From Sinorhizobium meliloti (lineage in GTDB: Bacteria > Pseudomonadota > Alphaproteobacteria > Rhizobiales > Rhizobiaceae), in assembly GCF_017876815.1 (NCBI RefSeq), contig NZ_JAGIOS010000001.1, positions 3,540,001 to 3,572,000 on the forward strand: 32,000 bases of DNA, in the 5' to 3' direction. This document shows, in pieces, positions 27,218 through 32,000 of this stretch. Position numbers and translations under genes: made by a program. The notes under the pieces were generated by a model. The model did no database searches. It was given only the letters and a program-made list of their open reading frames with translations, and had not been told where the DNA came from. Numbering within the stretch: position 1 is the first letter of the stretch; each line of letters starts with the position of its first letter.

Positions 27218-27391
27218 GGATCCTCGGGTCAAGCCCGAGGATGACATGCGGTAGGGTTCGTAAAAACTAGGGCGAGGTTCTTGCACGAACCGGCTGATCG
27301 GCTTTGCGAAGGCTGAGGTTAAGGGTCACAGCAACGTCCCTTCCCAGTCCCCTCGACTCCTCCCCGGTCATCCTCGGGCTTGACCCGAGGA
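27218..27391 (+). repeat. Repeat module U3 (more diverged, right hairpin truncated)
   Basis: A3 (27218-27245) is identical to A2. The core is recognisable but carries indels. B3 (27367-27391) loses its last bases, and the lpxB stop follows at 27407. Confidence 0.85.
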
Positions 27392-27406
27392 AGCACTCGC
27401 CTCTCC

Positions 27407-28576
27407 TCATCCGGCCCGAAGGCAAGCGAGGACGATATCCGCCGCCTTTTCGCCGGGCGGCCGATCCGTTTCCATTCGCTGTTGAACGAGGGCGAAGCCG
27501 TCGAGCATCGCACGACGTTGCGCCGTATCGCTCGAAAGCCGTTCGAACCAGCGCGTCAGAACGGCCGGCCGGATCGACTTGTTGAAATATTCGGGCACGA
27601 CCGGAAAATCCGCGATGAGGTTCGGAAGCGCCGCGGTCCATATCCGAATGCGGGAATGCAGGAGGCTGACGATCCAGTCGGCAGAGTAGGTGGACACGAC
27701 CGGAACTCCGGCGAGCGCCAGTTCGAGGATCACCGTACCCGAGGCGGCAATGGCCGCGTCGGCTTGGGCAAAAGCCTCCCATTTCCTGTCCGCCGTTACG
27801 GTTATCTCGGGCTGGATCCTCCAGGATGCCGTCAACGCCCTCACACGCTCTTCCTGGCGCGGCACGGTCGGCAACAGGAAACGAATGCCTTCGTGCCGCT
27901 CCGCGAGTTCTTCGGCTGCTTCGCGGAAGATCGGAAGCAGGCGGCTGACCTCGCTCCCGCGCGATCCGGGCAGCAGGAGACAAGCCTTCGGCTCGCGCCG
28001 ATCCTGCATCTGCTGTCTAAGCCGCTGCCGCTCCCGGACAGCGAGGACATTGCCGTCCGATGCGAGCCGGTGCCCGACATACGTCGTCGGCGGACCGCCG
28101 AGCTTCGCCATCGCTTCCGGCTCGAAGGGCAGAACCGCGAGCACGTGATCCACATATGCCCGCATGCGCGGCGCCCGCTCCGGCTTCCACGCCCAGACGC
28201 TCGGGCAGACGTAGTCGATCACGGGCAAGTCCGGCAATGCGGCGCGGACGCGTTGCGCCACGCGGTGGGTGAAGTCCGGGCTGTCGATGATCAACAAAGC
28301 ATCCGGACGCGCAGCGGCGATCGCGCGGGCGGTCTGCCCAATCCGCAACAGAAGCTTCGGCAGGTTCGCCAGAACCTGCGAGAAACCCATGATCGACAGT
28401 TCGGAATAGTCGAAAAGCGACCGGAGCCCTTCGGCTTCCAGCCCCTCGCCACCAACGCCCACGAGTTCGAGCGGACCGCCCAGACGGTCACGCAGCGCCC
28501 GTACCAGGTCGGCGCCGAGCAGGTCTCCGGAAACTTCTCCGGCGATAACCGCCAGCCTGTAGGCCCTGCCCGTCAT
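27407..28576 (-). CDS. lpxB: Lipid-A-disaccharide synthase
   Basis: 389 aa with the N-terminus ..LAVIAGEVSGDLLGADL.., typical of LpxB (GT19). Its start overlaps the lpxI stop (ATGA). Confidence 0.92.
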   Translation of the reverse strand: MTGRAYRLAVIAGEVSGDLLGADLVRALRDRLGGPLELVGVGGEGLEAEGLRSLFDYSELSIMGFSQVLANLPKLLLRIGQTARAIAAARPDALLIIDSPDFTHRVAQRVRAALPDLPVIDYVCPSVWAWKPERAPRMRAYVDHVLAVLPFEPEAMAKLGGPPTTYVGHRLASDGNVLAVRERQRLRQQMQDRREPKACLLLPGSRGSEVSRLLPIFREAAEELAERHEGIRFLLPTVPRQEERVRALTASWRIQPEITVTADRKWEAFAQADAAIAASGTVILELALAGVPVVSTYSADWIVSLLHSRIRIWTAALPNLIADFPVVPEYFNKSIRPAVLTRWFERLSSDTAQRRAMLDGFALVQQRMETDRPPGEKAADIVLACLRAG

Positions 28577-29460
28577 CTCCGGTCCCTGCGGCCGTCGCGC
28601 TCGATACCGAGAATGAACAGCCCGCTCCTGTCGGCCTCCTCCACGAGACGCGCGCGCTCGAGAACCAGCGCGCGTCCCGCCTCGACGGCGATGCCCGCGA
28701 GGCCGGCTGCATGCGCTCCTGCGACCGTCGACGGACCGATCGAGGGCAGGTCCGCCCGCTCGTCCTGTTGCGGCTTGCAGAGCTTGACGAGAACGCCGCG
28801 ACGACGGATTGAAATCCGCCCGTCTTTCCTGAGGTCGGCCACTCTCGCCAACATGGCGTCCGTCCCTTCCGCCCCCTCCAGCGCCACCACCCTGCCGCCG
28901 ACTGCAACGGCGCCCTGGCCCACATCCAGCGCCCCCAGCGCGTTGGCTGCGGCGATGCCGGCTTCGATGTCACGCCGGTCTTCGTCCGTCGGGGCATGGG
29001 CGCCGAGCCGACCGGTATCGGCAAGAAGCCCCGGAACGACCTCGTGCGCGCCGATCACATGGGCGCCACTTGCCTCGATCAATTCGATCACCATGCGCAG
29101 CACGGCGTCGTCCCCGCCGGATATCAAGGTGCGGAAAACCCGCGGCACCTTGGCCAGCGTCTTCAGCGTAGGACGGATATCGCGCCACTCCGGCCGTCGC
29201 CGCACCGCACCGGAAAGGACGACCCGGTCGATTCCCTCGGTCTCGAAAGTGCGGCTGATCGCGGCAAAGTCTCCGATTGCACAAACGGCATGGTCGAAGC
29301 CGGTCCAATCCGTATCGGCCTCACGCGAAAGCGCAATGATGAACGGGTCTTCACCCTGAAGGCGTGCGGCCTCGGCCACGTGATGGGGAAGCGTTCCGGC
29401 GCCGGCGATGATGGCGAGCCTGCCTTTTGACTGCGGCAGGCGATGAATCGCCACCGCCAT
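28573..29460 (-). CDS. lpxI: UDP-2,3-diacylglucosamine pyrophosphatase LpxI (DUF1009)
   Basis: Internal ATG at 29460 ([25 protein letters not shown]..). It lies between lpxA and lpxB, as in alphaproteobacteria that lack lpxH. Its start overlaps the lpxA stop (TGATG). Confidence 0.82.
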   Translation of the reverse strand: MAVAIHRLPQSKGRLAIIAGAGTLPHHVAEAARLQGEDPFIIALSREADTDWTGFDHAVCAIGDFAAISRTFETEGIDRVVLSGAVRRRPEWRDIRPTLKTLAKVPRVFRTLISGGDDAVLRMVIELIEASGAHVIGAHEVVPGLLADTGRLGAHAPTDEDRRDIEAGIAAANALGALDVGQGAVAVGGRVVALEGAEGTDAMLARVADLRKDGRISIRRRGVLVKLCKPQQDERADLPSIGPSTVAGAHAAGLAGIAVEAGRALVLERARLVEEADRSGLFILGIERDGRRDRR

Positions 29461-30272
29461 CAGCCCTTGGCGCCGCGATTCGGCGACGACAGCGCGCGGT
29501 CGCTCTCCGCGGCGATGAAATCCAGGATCTCGATTGCCGGTGCGCAATCGAGATATTCGTTGCGGATAGCGGCTGCGTTCGCGCGGATCGAGCCGTCTCC
29601 TTCGAATATCTGCTTATAGCACCGCCGAACGCGATGAATCGCGGGACGATCGATCCCCGCACGGGTCATCCCGACCACGTTGAGTCCGCTCAAAACGCCG
29701 GGGTTGCCGTTGAGCATTCCATAGGGAATGACGTCATAGCTCACCGCCGACAGGCCCCCGATGAAGGCCTGACGCCCGATGCGGGTAAACTGGTGAACCG
29801 CGGAGCCGCCCCCGAGTATGGCTCGATCCTCGACGGTCACGTGCCCCGCAAGCATGACATTGTTGGAAAGGATGATGTTGTTGCCGAGGCGGCAGTCATG
29901 CGCCACGTGCGAATAGGCCAGGAACAGGTTGTTGTTGCCGACAATGGTTGCGCCGCCATGCTCCACCGTACCCGTATTCATGGTCACGCCTTCGCGGATG
30001 GTACAGTTTTCGCCAATCACCAGTTTCGTATTCAAGGCGCTGTGGTGCACACTCTGCGAATCGCCGCCGATGACGGCACCCGGAAAGAACTTCGTGCCCT
30101 TGCCGACGCTCGTATGGCCGATGACCGCGACGTGACTCAGAATTTCGACGTCATCCGCAAGAACGACATTCGGCCCGATGTGGCAGAACGGGCCGATCTT
30201 CACGTTTTCGCCGATTACCGCACCGTTCTCGATGGCCGAGGACGGGTGGATCTTCGCACTTGATGCTATCAT
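29460..30272 (-). CDS. lpxA: Acyl-ACP--UDP-N-acetylglucosamine O-acyltransferase
   Basis: 270 aa with left-handed beta-helix hexapeptide repeats and an LpxA-type C-terminal domain. Confidence 0.93.
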   Translation of the reverse strand: MIASSAKIHPSSAIENGAVIGENVKIGPFCHIGPNVVLADDVEILSHVAVIGHTSVGKGTKFFPGAVIGGDSQSVHHSALNTKLVIGENCTIREGVTMNTGTVEHGGATIVGNNNLFLAYSHVAHDCRLGNNIILSNNVMLAGHVTVEDRAILGGGSAVHQFTRIGRQAFIGGLSAVSYDVIPYGMLNGNPGVLSGLNVVGMTRAGIDRPAIHRVRRCYKQIFEGDGSIRANAAAIRNEYLDCAPAIEILDFIAAESDRALSSPNRGAKG

Positions 30273-30274
30273 TC

Positions 30275-30739
30275 TCAGGCGTCTTCCTTGCTGACAATCA
30301 TCGCGCCGATATCAGCTTCCGCGACGAGTTGCCCGTCAACTTTTGCATCGCAGTGAAATTTCCAGATATTGCCGCGCTGCTTCTGCTTCACGACATGGAA
30401 CTCCACCCGGTCGCCCGGCACGACGGGTTTGCGGAACCGTGCATTGTCGATCGTCATGAAATAGACGAGATTGCTTCCGATTCCCGTCTTGCGCGCACAG
30501 ATCGCGCCGGCCGTCTGCGCCATGCCTTCGATCAGAAGAACGCCCGGCATGATCGGCTTCTCGGGAAAGTGCCCGGTGAAATGCGGCTCGTTGGCCGTCA
30601 CGTTCTTGATCCCGATGGCCGAATTGTCGTCATCGATCTCGATGATGCGGTCCACCAGCAGGAAGGGGTAACGATGGGGAAGAAGCCTCAGGATTTCCTG
30701 TATGTCCGCCGTGCCGAGGACCGTTGCAGCCTCATTCAT
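30275..30739 (-). CDS. fabZ: 3-hydroxyacyl-ACP dehydratase FabZ
   Basis: Internal ATG at 30739. [55 protein letters not shown] is the canonical FabZ hot-dog motif. Confidence 0.93.
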
Positions 30740-31796
30740 CCTTGCCACCCTTCTTCTTCTGCCTCTCGCTCGACCGCAGGGCCATTTCGGCGACATCGCG
30801 CAGGAAATCCCGCATCGGTCGCGCCGGAATCCCGCCATAGCGCTCGCCGGCCGGCACATCGCTCGCCACGCCGCTCATCGCGGCGATCTGCGCTCCGTCT
30901 CCAATGGTGATATGCCCGTTGACCCCGACGCCTCCGCCGATCATGACGCCGTCGCCGATCTGCGTGCTGCCGGCGATACCGACCTGGCTGACGATGCCGC
31001 AGTAGCGGCCGATGCGGACGTTATGGCCGATCTGCACGAGATTGTCGATTTTCGTCCCCTCGCCGATCACGGTGTCATCCATTGTGCCGCGGTCGATCGT
31101 CGTGTTCGCACCGATCTCGACGTGATCCTGGATGATCACCCGCCCGACCTGGACGATCTTGATCATTCCGCCCTTCGGGCCCGGTGCGTAGCCGAATCCG
31201 TCCTGGCCGATGCGTGCGCCCGGATGAATGATGACGTTGTTGCCGATCAACGCACAAAGGATGCTTGCACCGGCGGAAATGGTGCAATCCCGCCCGATCC
31301 GCACGCCCTGTCCGATCATTGCTCCCGCTGCGATGCGCGTTCCGCTTCCAATCTCGGCGCCGGCTCCGATCACAGCCATCGGCTCGACCTCGACGCCCGC
31401 CTCCAGGCGCGCCGTCGGATCGACGAAGGCTTCCGGCGCTACGCCCCTCTCGCTCGTATTATACGAGGGCCGCATGGCCCTTTCGTGAAGCAGGGTGCCG
31501 GCAAGCGCGAAGGCCGTGTGCGGCTTCGATGTCAGCAGCACGGGAATAGTGTCGGGGACGAGCGACGAAATTGCTTTGTCGCAGATGATCGCGGCGGCGC
31601 GACAGGTCTGCAACTCTTCGCGATTCTTGCGCGACAGCATATAACAGATGTCGCCCGGCTTGGCGCGATAAACAGGCGCGACCGCACGCACGGTGCGGTC
31701 GGCGGCGCTTATATCCAGCAACTCCGCCCCAATCTGATTCGCGAGGTCGCCCAGACGAATCCCCTGATGGGGCGGAAAAAACCAATTCTGTTCCAT
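30732..31796 (-). CDS. lpxD: UDP-3-O-acylglucosamine N-acyltransferase
   Basis: ATG 31796 ([19 protein letters not shown]..) is preceded by GGAG at 5 nt; the ORF's first codon at 31802 is GTG. Extensive hexapeptide repeats are present. The stop overlaps the fabZ start by 8 nt. Confidence 0.92.
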
Positions 31797-31840
31797 GGAC
31801 ACTCCAGAACGATTCTCTGGCAGTTCTGGACTGCTCTTTA

Positions 31841-32000
31841 TCAGAACGACGAGTTGATACCGAACTTGAAGTTCTGGACCTCGTCGAAGTCTTCCTTCGC
31901 AACCGGCACGGCGTAGTCCACACGCAGCGGACCGAAGGGCGAAGCCCAGATCAAGCTGACGCCGACCGAGGCGCGCAGCGAGGCATTGTCCCCGCGTACC
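31841..32000 (-). CDS. bamA: Outer-membrane protein assembly factor BamA, C-terminal fragment running off the right edge
   Basis: The minus frame reads ..[52 protein letters not shown]. This is a terminal beta-barrel strand ending in Phe. It lies upstream of lpxD, as in the conserved bamA-lpxD-fabZ-lpxA cluster. Confidence 0.8.
   Translation of the reverse strand, partial: VRGDNASLRASVGVSLIWASPFGPLRVDYAVPVAKEDFDEVQNFKFGINSSF

Noticed and set aside
27267-27983. 238-aa minus-strand ORF overlapping the 3' part of lpxB and module U3.
   Set aside because: It is an alternative frame of the well-supported lpxB CDS, continuing into repeat DNA. It has Arg/Gly-rich composition and no motifs.

Overview
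GC-rich (about 60%+) chromosomal core region with gene content and order typical of Rhizobiaceae (Sinorhizobium/Ensifer/Rhizobium-like). This taxon call is an inference from exoR, popZ, lpxI and the synteny, not a database result. Left to right: scpA (5' fragment), nagZ, a large SPOR-domain protein, argS and a dGTPase-like gene, all on the minus strand. Then erpA (+), cardiolipin synthase (-), xthA (+), exoR (-), a FadL-family outer-membrane protein (-), valS (-), popZ (-), tolC (-), pcm (-), exbD-exbB (-), comEC (-) and gltA (+). Next comes a small GIY-YIG gene (+), then the lipid A/fatty acid cluster lpxB-lpxI-lpxA-fabZ-lpxD (-) and the 3' end of bamA (-). I found no rRNA, tRNA, CRISPR array, IS transposase, prophage or recognisable multi-gene defence island. 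Most long plus/minus 'shadow' ORFs in the track are antisense artefacts of high GC content. The non-housekeeping signal lies in three intergenic repeat loci. (1) In the gltA-lpxB spacer, a 94-codon GIY-YIG gene is bounded by perfect 28-bp inverted repeats that each form a hairpin. It sits in a tandem array with a deletion derivative and three copies of a ~185-bp hairpin-core-hairpin module. This is the best candidate here for an undescribed minimal mobile or selfish element. (2) The pcm-exbD spacer holds a ~650-bp nested inverted-repeat mosaic whose outer arm overlaps the exbD stop codon. (3) A short hairpin repeat family (GGAAAAGTGTGT-NN-CGGTT) occurs at three separate loci. Everything else looks like ordinary, conserved core genome.
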